A program made the position numbers and the translations under genes. Below are positions 41,608 to 54,796 of a stretch of 64,000 nt of DNA, one piece after another. The notes below the pieces were generated by a model. That model searched no databases and was not told the DNA's origin. It worked only from the letters and a program-made list of their open reading frames with translations. How positions within the stretch are numbered: the stretch's first letter is position 1; each line of letters starts with the position of its first letter. The DNA comes from Eledone cirrhosa. Lineage: Eukaryota. The stretch spans positions 86,056,001-86,120,000 of the forward strand of contig OZ024747.1 in the NCBI GenBank assembly GCA_964016885.1. The letters are read 5' to 3'.

Positions 41608-42017
41608 TCCGCACACACACACACATACCCACATATACACACAGAAACACACACATATATGTATCACGTATATATATATATATATATGTATGTAAGTATA
41701 TACATACATATATTTATGCGTATATATATGTGTCTGTGTTCTATACACATATCAATTGGAGCACTTCGGACCTTCCAATCTACACTTTTTAACGCCAAAA
41801 TAAAAGATGTAACAACACTGTTAGTGCCACTTGGACTGATCCCAGTCAACTCAAGTATTCTTGCGATAAGTAGCAATATGTTGCTTATACGTACATTACA
41901 TATTTATATATAATGCTTTACTTATTTTCATACATACATACATACATACATACATACATACATACATACATACATACATACATACATACATACATACATA
42001 CATACATACATACATAA

Positions 42018-42540
42018 ATGATAACTGCCACCTCTTTATAGAAGAGGGCCATGAGCCCGCGAATGACTCTGCAAATCTGCTTCGCTCCCGCATATGCTTT
42101 TAAAGTCTTGAATATAACTTGGATAGTCTTGAATATAACTTGCTCTTTACGCACTCTCATGCGCCGCTTGAGTCCAGCAGCAGACCAAGCTTTGTCATCA
42201 ACATAATCGGCCTCTGCGGCTGATTGCTGTAAGCTCTTGAAAGACTAACAAGTCGAGCGCGAGAAAGAACAACTTTTCCGCAGACGTTACAGACACGCTC
42301 TGACCAAATCTCCTTCAGGACTGGGTCAACATCATCTTTCCTACGTGCTCTTTTAAACACTGAATGCGCGATCTCTTTGCCCTCAGAAGATTTACAACCA
42401 TCATAAACCAGACTTCTTCGACCAGATCTACTCTTTGACTCAACTTCCAAACCCTCAACAATAATATTAAGAGTCTTCAACGTTGCCTGAAATGTTTCGA
42501 CTCGGGAGTGAAGAGAACATTTTGCGGGTGCATAGGGAAC
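42018..42540 (-). mobile_element. Decayed RTE/BovB-type LINE 3' end with C2H2-like motifs and (ATGT)n tail
   Basis: RSGRRSLVYDGCKSSE...KRARRK...CNVCGKVVLSRARLVSLSRAY, SAAGLKRRMRV; followed by (TATG)n on the minus strand. Confidence 0.65.
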
Positions 42541-42544
42541 TTCT

Positions 42545-43020
42545 CAAAAACTTCTCACTTTCTGACAACCCGCAATGTAACCCTTAAACCTAGCCCACTT
42601 CAACAAGTATTTACTTCCTAACAACCTCCAATTTAATCCAAAACCTTAACAAGTACTCATTTCTTGACCCCCTCCATTGTAAACCCAGTACTGTTGGACA
42701 GTCAACATTCTAACAATCTCTAATTTAACCCCCAAACTTCTTGGTTACTTCCCATGACTTAACAACTAGTCATTTCCTTGTGAACTCCAATGTAACCCAG
42801 GACTTTTGGGTTACCATAGTTCAATAAATAGTTACTTCCTGGTGATCAGCAATGTAATCCCAGAGCAAGTGGGTGAGCACACCTCAATATGTACTCACCT
42901 TCCGACAATCTCGAATGTAACCCCATTATTTCTTCTGGGTAAGAATATATTAAAAAAGGACTCACATCCTGGTGACCTCTAATGAAACCCTAGTACAGAT
43001 AGGTTAGCACACTCGAAGAA
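42545..43020. repeat. Degenerate ~55-62-bp tandem repeat
   Basis: Recurrent aatgtaaccc / aagtactcacttcct motifs. Confidence 0.6.
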
Positions 43021-43124
43021 AGACATGGAAGAGAAACACTTTCTATATAAAAAGAAGCTTAAGCATTGCTATATTTTTGTAAACTTGAGGACTATGCCAT
43101 TAATAGTAGTGTTGTCTCTTTTAA

Positions 43125-43345
43125 CCCTTTAGCATTTAAACCGGCCATATCCGGCCAGAACTCTCTCACCGTTTTCTGTTCAAACCAGCTGTAACCAGCC
43201 GCTCATGTCTACATTGAGGTATTGTTCTCAAAATGAAGAACATCAAAATCTCATAGATTCGATATTACGTGAGATAATTATGTAAGATAAAGCCTTTACT
43301 GAGAAAATACAATAGTATATATAGAGTAATGTAAATGCTAAAGGA
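43125..43345. mobile_element. piggyBac-type MITE
   Basis: TTAA-ccctttagcattta ... taaatgctaaagga-TTAA. Confidence 0.8.
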
Positions 43346-43651
43346 TTAAACTAGAAACTTCTACATCACTTGACACTTGACACTTTGAGAATTATCTTGG
43401 ATAAAAAATAAATACTGATCTAACCCCACCTCCCCCCAATATGTGACCGAAAATATTGATTATGTAACATTTGTATGCGTGGTATTATAAATCTGATCAA
43501 CAGATGTCCAATACACCATTAACACATCTGTTTATAATTGTATTCATCTAAAAACGGTTCAACCATGTCTTTACATAATACTATAATTTACCGGCGATGT
43601 ATTTGTTTTGCAAGGTTTTTGATATGAAATCGTGTGTTGAAACATATATTG

Positions 43652-43751
43652 TTAGATTTGGAGAGGGTCATGTTAATATAATATTGCCAGAGTGTTTTTT
43701 ACTGAAATTTTCTAGCAATATTAGGATAACATGACCCTCCTCAAATGTAAG
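43652..43751. repeat. Small inverted repeat / MITE remnant
   Basis: ttagatttggagagggtcatgtt / aacatgaccctcctcaaatgtaa, with inner aatattgc/gcaatatt. Confidence 0.55.
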
Positions 43752-43908
43752 AACCTTTGTAATGTCATGTTCCAAATGCCAGTTTAGTAACGAGAAAGTT
43801 AGCTATATTATCAAGCCACCTCGAATTTTCGGTTATTTTCAACACACACCACACACACAGACACACACAGACACACACACACACACACGCATACACACAC
43901 ACACACAG

Positions 43909-43941
<33 letters not shown>

Positions 43942-44084
43942 ATCATCTGCATACACAGATATACATCCACCCTAGATAATCCACCCAAACTCTTAATTTA
44001 TTTTGGTAATATATTTTCTAGGAGTTATAATTGGAATCGTTGTTGAGAAGGAAATGACAATGTTTGAAAGTAGTGCGGGACTAG

Positions 44085-44255
44085 TAGGAGTACATCTGTA
44101 TCAGCGTGATGGCTGCTGCGGCCAATCAGTTTGATAAGATCAGCATATCACTTCCGTTTTCTACGGATGTTGTATTAGATAAGACGACGACGACAACAAG
44201 AACAACAACAACAAATATCAACATCAGCAGCAAGTAAATACGAATGGTAAATACG
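44085..44255 (+). promoter_or_regulatory. Possible Pol II promoter / first exon
   Basis: ggCCAATcag, cACTTCCG (ETS-type) and ATG|gtaaat in CpG-containing unique sequence. Confidence 0.3.
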
Positions 44256-44544
44256 TTGTGGTATTTTATATATATATTTATTATTATTGGTAGTGGAGAT
44301 GGGAGGGTAGGGGGAATAAATTAAGAAATAAGTAAAAACATAAAATATCGAGAAAAAGTAGAAGAAAAAGTAAATGAAAAAAAATAAAACAAAACCAAAT
44401 GGAAGATATATTCGGCTAAAAATTGCAATATTTAAAAATAGAAGAGAAAAAAACGAAAACATCAAATATAAATAACTAAAGTATTTTATGTTAAACATAT
44501 CAACCAAATAAAAGACATATTTGGTTGAATACATACATTTTTTT

Positions 44545-45000
44545 CTAGGCCGGGTAAAATTCCCGAGATCCATGGACGAGTTCTCTCCAGCGGTCTCTGT
44601 CCCTCATTATCGCTGCCATGTCCTGCGCCTCCAACAGACCAGTGTCTGTCCTTAGGGCATCAACATACGTTAACCTTGGTCTTCCTTTTCCAATGTGTCC
44701 ATGTAGGGGCTCCCACAAGAGCACTGAGTGTAATGTCAACTCTGGATGTCGGTGAGCATGTCCAGCTAACCTCAGTCTCCTCTGTGTCACTTTTGAGCTG
44801 ACTTTTGGGATGCTCCCATACAGCTCTGAGATTTTCATCCTCAGTGTATACTGATTAATGTTCAGAACCATCCTTAGCATTCTCATGTAGCACCCATCCG
44901 CCATCTGAGTGAGTTTCTTGGTCAGTTCTCAAGTCTCAGACCCGTACAGCAGCACAGACTCCACTACAGCAATGAAGAGGCGGATCTTCAGGTCTTTACA
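44545..45000 (-). mobile_element. 3' end of an RTE-type LINE
   Basis: Same family as 1672-2048; ORF ends ...[18 protein letters not shown]; upstream VESVLLYGSET. Confidence 0.87.
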
Positions 45001-45214
45001 TTAAACTACATCCAGTGGCAAGGCTCCAGTTTGGGAGTTCAGGAGCTGTGGGGAATGTGGAGTTACCCCTTAGTTGTAATAACTCCCAGGTCTGCTCCGG
45101 ACCGGAGTAGTAGTACCTGCTAGGGCCCCATTTATGGGTTAAATAACTACCTTATTCGAGTGGCGCCTGTAAGGTATTGTCAGCCCTTGAAAAGAAATAC
45201 ATACATACATACAT

Positions 45215-45273
<59 letters not shown>

Positions 45274-45282
<9 letters not shown>

Positions 45283-45495
45283 AGTGAACAGCACAAAATA
45301 TAACTACTCCATTACCAAAAGTTTCTGGATACCAGACAATATTAATATACGTCTGGATCGGTCATCTGGTGTTTGGGATCCAGAAACCTTTGGTAATGGA
45401 GTAATTATATTTTGTGCTGTTCACTTTCTAATTAAATAGCTCTGTTCTATACATAGAGCACTCTTTTTTTATTTGCTTTTCCTTCGGAATTACCT
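45274..45495 (+). mobile_element. Fold-back with hammerhead 3' half (probable PLE terminus)
   Basis: ~65-bp inverted arms; GAAAC-ctttg-GTA-atggag at 45383-45401. Confidence 0.55.
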
Positions 45496-45515
45496 AACAC
45501 ACACACTCACGCGCG

Positions 45516-45655
<140 letters not shown>

Positions 45656-45739
45656 AGTTTATCCCGGGTTCAATCGGAGGTAACCACAGTAAGTAAGGTA
45701 CTCAATACATAGCAGAGTATAAATGTTTAGTATAGAAAT

Positions 45740-45790
45740 GGCTTCTACAGGACTAGAACTGTTTCATTCGGGAGAAATCATCAGGATGCC
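45740..45790 (-). ncRNA. Type I hammerhead ribozyme (family C); mirrored copy on + at 45785-45835
   Basis: ggcatc-CTGATGA-tttc tccc gaat-GAAAcag-ttctagtc-ctgTA-gaagcc. Confidence 0.75.
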
Positions 45791-45861
45791 CTGATGATTT
45801 CTCCCGAATGAAACAGCTCTAGTCCTGTAGAAGCCATTTCTATATTAAATATATATATATA

Positions 45862-46161
45862 TAACGAAGGAAGTGTGGTAAGAAACCAGGTGGACCCTAA
45901 CGCACCAGAGTACTCAATACTTTGGGTATTAGGGCGAGTAATAGGAACAGAGTCAGAACTTTGGGGTTCCGACTCTTTTCCTATATATATATATATATAT
46001 ATATGATATTAAATAAATGGAAACTATATTTATAAAACCATATTTATTTCATTATATATATTTCAGGGATATCATAAATATACTCCAAATACTTGTTGAG
46101 TGCTTTTATATCAGTTATAAATATTTACTCGTTGTTAACCCAACAATTTAAATATAACTTT

Positions 46162-46165
<4 letters not shown>
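45862..46165. mobile_element. Adjacent family B and family A terminal fragments
   Basis: 45862-45983 matches family B; 46003-46165 matches family A (inverted piece plus tail). Confidence 0.7.
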
Positions 46166-46203
<38 letters not shown>

Positions 46204-46658
46204 GAGACGGTTTTATGTATACATCCCCTGTTTATTATATAATACGGTTATGCCCATTTTGAAGACATCAAAATAATAATAATTTACGTGTTGTCATCAG
46301 ACAGGTATTGAGGTGTGATATTTTATTTTTGTTTTTGATGTGCTCGCCTTAGTTTAGAACACGTTTGATACTTTATAGGAAATAACTTAGTGTATCCACG
46401 TCGTGGGTTGCTTATGTCTGTTTACGCTACAGTCAGTCGATGAATTGATCAACTAGCATCTATTACTAGGAATAATATATATATATTAACAAGTTTATTT
46501 ACAGCTGAAATGTACGTTAAAGCTATATCTGAATATATATATATAGAATGAGTAATCGAGACTGCACCAATGTGTATATAACTATATACATATTTAATAA
46601 GTAGACCTGTAAAGATACCAGAAAATACAAATTACTGTTTATTTATATATACAGTATA

Positions 46659-46835
<177 letters not shown>

Positions 46836-47019
46836 GGTGGGGTGCGAGAGTGTGCGTAAAAAGAACTAAAAGAATAACAAAAAGAAAATGAATTTGTATT
46901 CAGCTTACAACTTGAAATCGTAAGAATATGACATATTAAGGTTAATAGTATTCATATTTTTCCGATTGTAAGGTTTCTCTAGTTGTAAAAGCCAAACTTT
47001 CTATCTTTAATTCGGTAGT

Positions 47020-47440
47020 CGAGCCAACCCTTACCATGGTCATGAATCATGAGTAATGACGATCGCAAATACATGCGTCCGAAATGGGATACCTCCGAAG
47101 GGTCTTTGGAGTGCCGTTAATCGATAGAGTGCGTAGCTCGGATATCAGAGAGTCACTCCAGGTAGAGCCGCTAGTTGTCTGAATTGAGAGATGACAGTTC
47201 CAATACTATGGGTATGTGGTTAGAATGCCTCAGGAAAGAATCGCTGGACAGATTTTACGTGCAAACCCAACCGACAGGAGATCCAGAGGTAGACCCCAAA
47301 CAAGATGGTTAGATAACATCCATGAGGTTGGCTGGTCTCACTTGGGGATCCAGCTGGATCCGTTGGATACGGTTGCTTCTGACAGGACCCACTGGAAGAA
47401 GTGTTTGACGACTCTGCACCCAAGACCCTCTCGGAAAGAA
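47020..47440 (+). mobile_element. Decayed RTE-type LINE 3' end
   Basis: VVRMPQERIAGQILRANPTDRRSRGRPQTRWLDNI...DRTHWK. Confidence 0.75.
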
Positions 47441-47786
47441 GATGTAGTTATTGATGTTGGCGCAGTTGTTGCTAATGTTCTAACTGTCGTTGTTGTTGTT
47501 ACTGTTGTTGTTACTGTTGTTGTTACTGTTGTTGTTACTGTTGTTGTTGCTGTTGTTGTTGATGATGCACATCCTTCTTGGTCTATTAATGCACTTATTG
47601 CACAAATTTATACACAGATAGATTGCAGGAATGATAAATGATATTTATAGAGGGAACACTCAGATAGTGTGCATGTGTGTGGTTATGTGTAAGGGAGTAT
47701 GTTTATATGTATGCGTGTATATGTAAGTATGTCTGTCTGTCTGTCTGTCTGTATGTATGTATGTATGTATGTATGTATGTATATAT

Positions 47787-48394
47787 GTCAAGTCACCAGT
47801 TGGTGCTACTGGTAACATGTATCCCAGTACAACCTGTCTCGTGGTCGGGTCGTTGGCGACTAAACTGGCAACCCCACCAAGGTTTCTTGGTGAGGAGGGC
47901 GACTTTGGACATCCTGCAGGACTAAAAACAAAACCTGTCAAAGGGCAAAGGAGCTCTTAAGAGTCAATGGCCATCCAAAATCACCGGGAGAGATGACCCC
48001 TTAGCCTTTGTCAAGGCAGAATTCTAGGAGAAGGAAAACTCTGATATAACACCTGCAACCCTGATGGTATCCAATGATGTTGACTTGTTCTTCTTTTTGG
48101 TAAATATCATCTCGGTTAAGAGAGTGGGACTGGCTTTGTGCAGTGCCTTTGCTCACTATAAAAGCTTCACGGCACAGGCATTGCTTTATATCTGGAGATC
48201 TCTCTGCACTTGTCGTGACATGGTACCATGGGCCCAGCACTGTGTGTCAATAATTGTCACAGGTGTAGTGTTTGTACCAGAGTTTTCAAGTCGCTGGCTG
48301 GACTAAAAAGTCACACTCGTTCAGCCCATCGGTAGGAGTTCTCCTACATGGATATAAAGTAGTGGCCGTACTCGAAAACGAGTTGGCAGCCACC
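47787..48394 (+). mobile_element. Family G ~610-bp non-autonomous retroposon in (TATG)n
   Basis: Near-identical to 49752-50359; ends ccATGTATG... Confidence 0.85.
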
Positions 48395-48915
48395 ATGTAT
48401 GTATGTATGTATATGTGGATGTCAGTATGTATGTGAGAAAGTATGTATGTACGTATGCATGTATGTATGTAAGTGTATGTATGTATGTATGTATGTATGT
48501 ATGTATGTATGTATGTATGAATGCATGTGTATGTATGTGCGCGTGTGTATGTATATATGTATGCATGTATGTATGTGTATGTGTGTGTTTGTATCAGTAT
48601 GTATGTATGTATGTATGTATGTATGTATGTATGTATGTATGTATGTGTGTATGTATGTATGTGTGTGTATGTATGTGTGTATGTATGTGTATGTATGTAT
48701 GTATGCATATATGTATATATGTGTGTGTTTGTAACATCTGCATCTGTGTATGTGTTTGCGTCAGTTTGTGTGTGTGTGTGTAAATATGTGTGTGTGTAAA
48801 TTTGCGAAGTGTGTGTGTGTGAGGAATGCGTTTGTGTGTAAAAGTGTGTACGTGTTAATGGTTGAGTAGTGTGTGTGAGGGGGGTGTGAAAATGTGTGAT
48901 GGCTGCTGCGTGTAA

Positions 48916-48976
<61 letters not shown>

Positions 48977-49048
48977 GTGTATGTGTGTGTGTGTGTGTGC
49001 GTGCGTGTGTCATGTGTGTGTGTGTGTGTGTGTGCTGGGTGTGTGTGT

Positions 49049-49082
<34 letters not shown>

Positions 49083-49751
49083 CATGTGTGTCTGTGTGCC
49101 TGTGTGTGTGTGTGTCATGTGTGTGTGTCGTGTATGTATGTGTGTGTCAAGTGTGTGTGTGTGCGCGCGCGTGTGTGTGTGTGTGTGTGTGTGCGTGCGT
49201 GTGTGTGTATTAGGAGTGGAAGTAAAAATAAGATAAAATAATGTCAGAGTTGACCTCAATTAAAATTGTCATTTCCGGGAACATAGGTCAACAGAAAGGA
49301 AATACACACACATACATACACTCATAGACACACACATACACACACATACTTACACACATAGACACACACATACACACATAGACACACACATACACATAGA
49401 CACACACATACACACACTCATAGACACAAACATACACACACTCATAGACACACACATACACACACTCATAGACACAAACATACACGCACAAGCACACGCA
49501 AACACGCATATAAACACACACTGATCCACACACACATATACACACAGTGACTCATACACACATAGACACGCACACACGACCCACACCCGACACACTCGCA
49601 TACAAGTATGTATGCATCTATGTGTGTGTGTGTATGTATGTATTTATGCATGTATGTATGTGTGTGTGTATGTATGTATGGGTGTGTGTATGTATGTATG
49701 TGTGTATGTATGTATGTATGTATGTATGTATGTATGTATGTATGTATGTAT

Positions 49752-50359
49752 GTCAGGTCACCAGTTGGTGCTACTGGTAACATGTATCCCAGTACAACCT
49801 GTCCCGTGGTCGGGTCGTTGGCGACTAAACTGGCAACCCCACCAAGGTTTCTTGGTGAGGAGGGTGACTTTGGACATCGCGCAGGACTAAAAACAAAACC
49901 TGTCAAAGGGCAAAGAAGCTCCTAAGAGTCAATGGCCATCCAAAATCACCGGGAGAGATGACCCCTTAGCCTTTGTCAAGGCAGAATTCTAGGAGAAGGA
50001 AAACTCTGATATAACACCTGCAACCCTGATGGTATCCAATGATGTTGACTTGTTCTTCTTTTTGGTAAATATCATCTTGGTTAAGAGAGTGGGACTGGCT
50101 TTGTGCAGTGCCTTTGCTCACTATAAAAGCTTCACGGCACAGGCATTGCTTTATATCTGGAGATCTCTCTGCACTTGTCGTGACATGGTATCATGGGCCC
50201 AGCACTATGTGTCAATAATTGTCACAGGTGTAGTGTTTGTACCAGAGTTTTCAAGTCGCTGGCTGGACTAAAAAGTCACACTCGTTCAGCGCATCGGTAG
50301 GGGTTCTCCTACGTGGATATAAAGTAGTGACCTTACTCGAAAACGAGTTGGCAGCCTCC
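49752..50359 (+). mobile_element. Family G copy
   Basis: Near-identical to 47787-48394. Confidence 0.85.
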
Positions 50360-50404
50360 ATGTATGTATGTATTTATGTGTGTATGTATGTATGTATGTA
50401 TGAT

Positions 50405-51246
50405 TGGTGAGGAGGGTGAATTTGGACACCCTGCTGGATGAAATATGAAACCCTTCAAAGGGTGAAGGAACTCAGGAGAGTCCACGGCCATCCAATAATT
50501 TTTGTTTTTATGGAATGAGAAACTCCTAGTCTTCATTAAGACATCCCTCTAGGAGGTCACTCTCATATAAAACCTGCGACTTCGTTTCCATCCAATGATG
50601 TTCTTCTTTTGGGGCAAATGTGTTCGATGTTCAGAGAGTGGGATTGGCCCCGTGCAAAGCCTTTCCTCACTTAAAAAAAGCTTCAAGCACAAGCATCGCT
50701 GATGTTCATGCTTAAGAATCAAGCGATGTCATTACTAGAAATCGAGTTGCAGCCATCATCTATGTATGTATGTATGTATGTATGTATGTATGTATGTATG
50801 TATGTATGTATGTATGTATGTATGTATGTATGTATGTATGAGAGATGACCCCTTAGCCTTTGTCAAGGCAGAATTCTAGGAGAAGGAAAACTCTGATATA
50901 ACACCTGCAACTCTGATGGTATCCAATGATGTTGACTTGTTCTTCTTTTTGGTAAATATCATCTTGGTTAAGAGAGTGGGACTGGCTTTGTGCAGTGCCT
51001 TTGCTCACTATAAAAGCTTCACGGCACAGGCATTGCTTTATATCTGGAGATCTCTCTGCACTTGTCATCACATGGTACCATGGGCCCAGCACTATGTGTC
51101 AATAATTGTCACAAGTGTAGTGTTTGTACCAGAGTTTTCAAGTCGCTGGCTGGACTAAAAAGTCACACTCGTTCAGCGCATCGGTAGGGGTTCTCCTACA
51201 TGGATATAAAGTAGTGGCCGTACTCGAAAACGAGTTGGCAGCCACC
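50405..51246 (+). mobile_element. Diverged family G relative (50405-50757) and 5'-truncated family G copy (50841-51246)
   Basis: Homology to 47787-48394. Confidence 0.8.
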
Positions 51247-52849
51247 ATGCATGTATGTAATGATGCATCCTTCATCAACTTCGCCCATGAACATTCTGCA
51301 ATTCGATCAATTAAATGTCTGATTCATGAAATATTCGATTTAATATCTCTGAAATCTGGGCTGGTATTACCATCTTTCATTACTGAATAAATTGTCTTAT
51401 AATCTCTCTGACGAACATTAGTACTAAACCAATTAGCTGTTTGCTATATCAGCTACACAGGGGTGTAAAGTCTGCCATTCCATCCCACTCCCCATCTGTT
51501 TTGTCATTAAATGTTATTTATTTTTCTCTTTTTATTTTCGTTTTTTGTTTGTTTGTTTTTTTTTAATAAACAAACGTTGATGAATTATCAGTTTCGTTCT
51601 TTTATTTCTAAATAAAAGGTTCGCCAAAGAAAAATAGTTGCAATTTATGGCATCAGAAACATTAAATTAGAAGCAAGCATGGATCACCTTTTTGGCAGCA
51701 TAAAAACAAACTATAGTTTCGTAGATTTTATAGATATAAGAATTGGATTGATATTTCTGAATCTGAAAGCGGAGAATTGGCCGAGTGTGAAAGTGTCTAA
51801 TTAAATCCAGCCGAGTTCAACTTTACTTTCCATCCTTTCAGTTGTTGGATTGGTGAAATTGTTAATGAGGCGATATCTGATCTAGCCCTGTACATTGAGT
51901 TTTCCATCTCCTTCGGCCAGGAATTGCGTCCAGCAGTTAGTATAACAGCAACGGAAAAACCAGCTGGGAGTTTCGACTGGCAGATAATATCAGCAATGGA
52001 AAGACCAATAGAAATATTATTTCCTTGATTGGATCTGACTATTGGTGCTTTTTTTTTTCTGATCCTCTAAAAAACCCCAAATATGTTGTCCACTAACTTT
52101 ATTTATCCCAAGTTCAATGTAATTATTCATATTAATGTTGTTCGCTGTTAATTACATTATAAAGACGTTAGCTAGTTATGGATACAACTACTAATTCTAA
52201 ACAGGATGTTTCCACTCCTTGTAGCTTATAGGAAAACTTCTGCATACATACACAAGGTCAATTGTGTTATGGCGCCTATATCACTTGATTCGGTTATCAA
52301 TTGTTTCAAATTTTGGCACTATGTCAGTAATCTGGGCAGTTTAATCGCCCCCAGTACTTGACTATTGAGGATATTTGAATTCCGCCGGTTTTCTCTAAGT
52401 TCAAGCCTTCATCGACTTTTTGGTTTTTTTTAAGTTCCACTTGGAAAGGTTGGTAAGAGAGAAGTGCTGCCCCTCCCACTCAAGTATATTTATTAAAAGG
52501 TGAGTGAATAGCGAGGTTGGTCCAAGTGAATGTAGAGCGATTTTTTATTTTTATAAAATAATATAGTTAGTTGATGTTATTCTTTTAGGTCCGTTTTGCT
52601 ACGCTATGCATTGGCTGGACGAAACCCATAATATCACGGTTTCATAGATATTAGACAACTGTCACCTCAAACCTTACCCCTGTACAGGACACACCCAACA
52701 GAAAATGCAATAGACTCAACCAATGGAATGTGTAATGAACTCACCTAATGGAAAGTGTAATCGACTCACCCAGTAGAAAGTGCTGATTCATCTCTTCTTT
52801 CTTGAATGTCAACCACTTGGCCCTAAGCACTACTTAGCCTGAAGGATTG

Positions 52850-53165
52850 TATCCATGTTATATCTAAGTGATAACTATGTCGTGGCATATATACGTTATT
52901 TCTCAATAATAACTGCCATGATGTGGCTTATATGTGTTAACAAGCGCCATGTTATGGTTCATATATGATATTTTTTAATGTTATCCACCGCCATGTTGTG
53001 TCTTATAGATGATATTTCTCAATGATATCAACCGCCATGTTGTGGTTTATATGTGTTACTTCCATGTGATAACCATTTCTCAGTAATACCACCGCCATGA
53101 TATGGTTTATGTATGTCATTTCTGAGTGATAACAATCACCATGTTGTTTGTATAAGTATTTTATA
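52850..53165. repeat. Degenerate ~35-45-bp tandem repeat
   Basis: Recurrent accgccatgttgtggtttatatg...ttctcaatgata. Confidence 0.65.
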
Positions 53166-53288
53166 TTCCATCCAACTGGCCTCACTTTTCCCCCGCCTAA
53201 ACTAAAGCCACCACCAGGCAGTTACCGACATACAATAAACAAACGAGGAAGCTTCAATGCAATTAAACATACTGCTAGAAATAGTAGC

Positions 53289-53347
<59 letters not shown>

Positions 53348-53472
53348 GTAGGAGGTGAGTTTTATTGTAGTACAATAAAGCAATGCAGATATCGGATAAG
53401 AAGCACTCTACAGTTTGTGGGACTGGAGTATGCATAATATAAGATCAAAAGATGGTTAAAGGAGTTCAATAT

Positions 53473-53541
53473 ATTTTATTATGCGCATTTCAAAAACAAA
53501 CATCATCAAACAATAATATTTGTGTTTTCATCAGATAAAAC
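53473..53541 (-). ncRNA. Type I hammerhead ribozyme
   Basis: gttttat-CTGATGA-aaacacaaatattatt gttt gatgatgtttgttttt-GAAA-tgcgca-TA-ataaaat; palindromic AUGCGCAU stem III. Confidence 0.88.
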
Positions 53542-54796
53542 AGGAGAACATGATATGAAGGCTAAAAAAACACTTGTTGATAGTGCAGTTTTAAATCAAC
53601 ATATGAAAAGTGGTTTTAGATTGATGTGTGATATTGGGAAAAATATTTTATTTAGAGAGGGGGGGAGAGAAAAGGATGAAAAGGGAAGGAGATGAGAGGG
53701 AGAGATGGGTGATAGAGAGAAAGAGATAGTTTTTATAACAGAGAGGAGATATATTTTATATAGAGGGGTTGAAAGCCGTTGGAAGATACTGTATAAATTA
53801 AAAATTTTTGAAAATTAACGAAGGGAGGATATGTGCGAGGAAAAAATATATTATATTTAGGGAGGGGTGGGGGTGGAAAGGATGAAAAAAAGGGGAGGAG
53901 ATGAGAGTGAAGGTGGAAAGGGAGAGATGGGTGATAGAGAGAAAGAGATAGTTTTTATAACTGAGAAAAAGATATAATGTTTTAATATAGAGAGGTTGGG
54001 AACCGTTGGAAGATAATGTATAAATTAAAGGAATTTGAAAATTAACGAAGGGAAATTATGTATGGAGATAGAGAGAAAAAAATAACGAAGGGAGATTATG
54101 TATGGAGATAGAGAGAAAAAAAAAAAAATAATAATTGTGGGTGAATATTCAAAAGGAGAAATGTAGGAATCTTAAAATTAGCAAAGAGAAAATGTTTATG
54201 TATAGGATTTGAGAAAAATAATGTGAAGTTAAAGTTTTTATATTGAATTCATATGTATTAATAATGAGTTCGTTGATGGGGAGAAAAAAATAATAATAAA
54301 TTAAGGATGAAATTGAGATTAAAAAGATTTATGATAGAGAGAAAAAATAATAATGATTGCGGATGAATACTCAAAATGTCAAAAACAAATGTTATTGTTT
54401 TACGAAGAGATATAATGAGGGTGATGAGTAAACGGGTATTATAGAGTGTATAATGCCCTTTAAAGTAAGGTAGATGGGTATATTTTAAAGAATATATGAG
54501 TATATATTAAAAAAAATATATAATAATAAATTAAGGATGAAATTGAGATTAAAAAGATTTATGATAGAGGGAAAAAAAAAAAAAAAAAAAAAAAAAATAA
54601 TAATGATTGCGGATGAATATTCAAAATGTCAAAAACAAATGTTATTGTTTTACGAGAAGATAGGATGAGGTAAATGAATAAACGAGTACTATAGAGTGTA
54701 TAATGCCCTTTAAAGTAAGGTAGATGGGTATATTTTAAAGAGGTGTATGTATATGTGCCTTTGAGAAAAGATTCTAAATTGATAAAGAATTGAATA

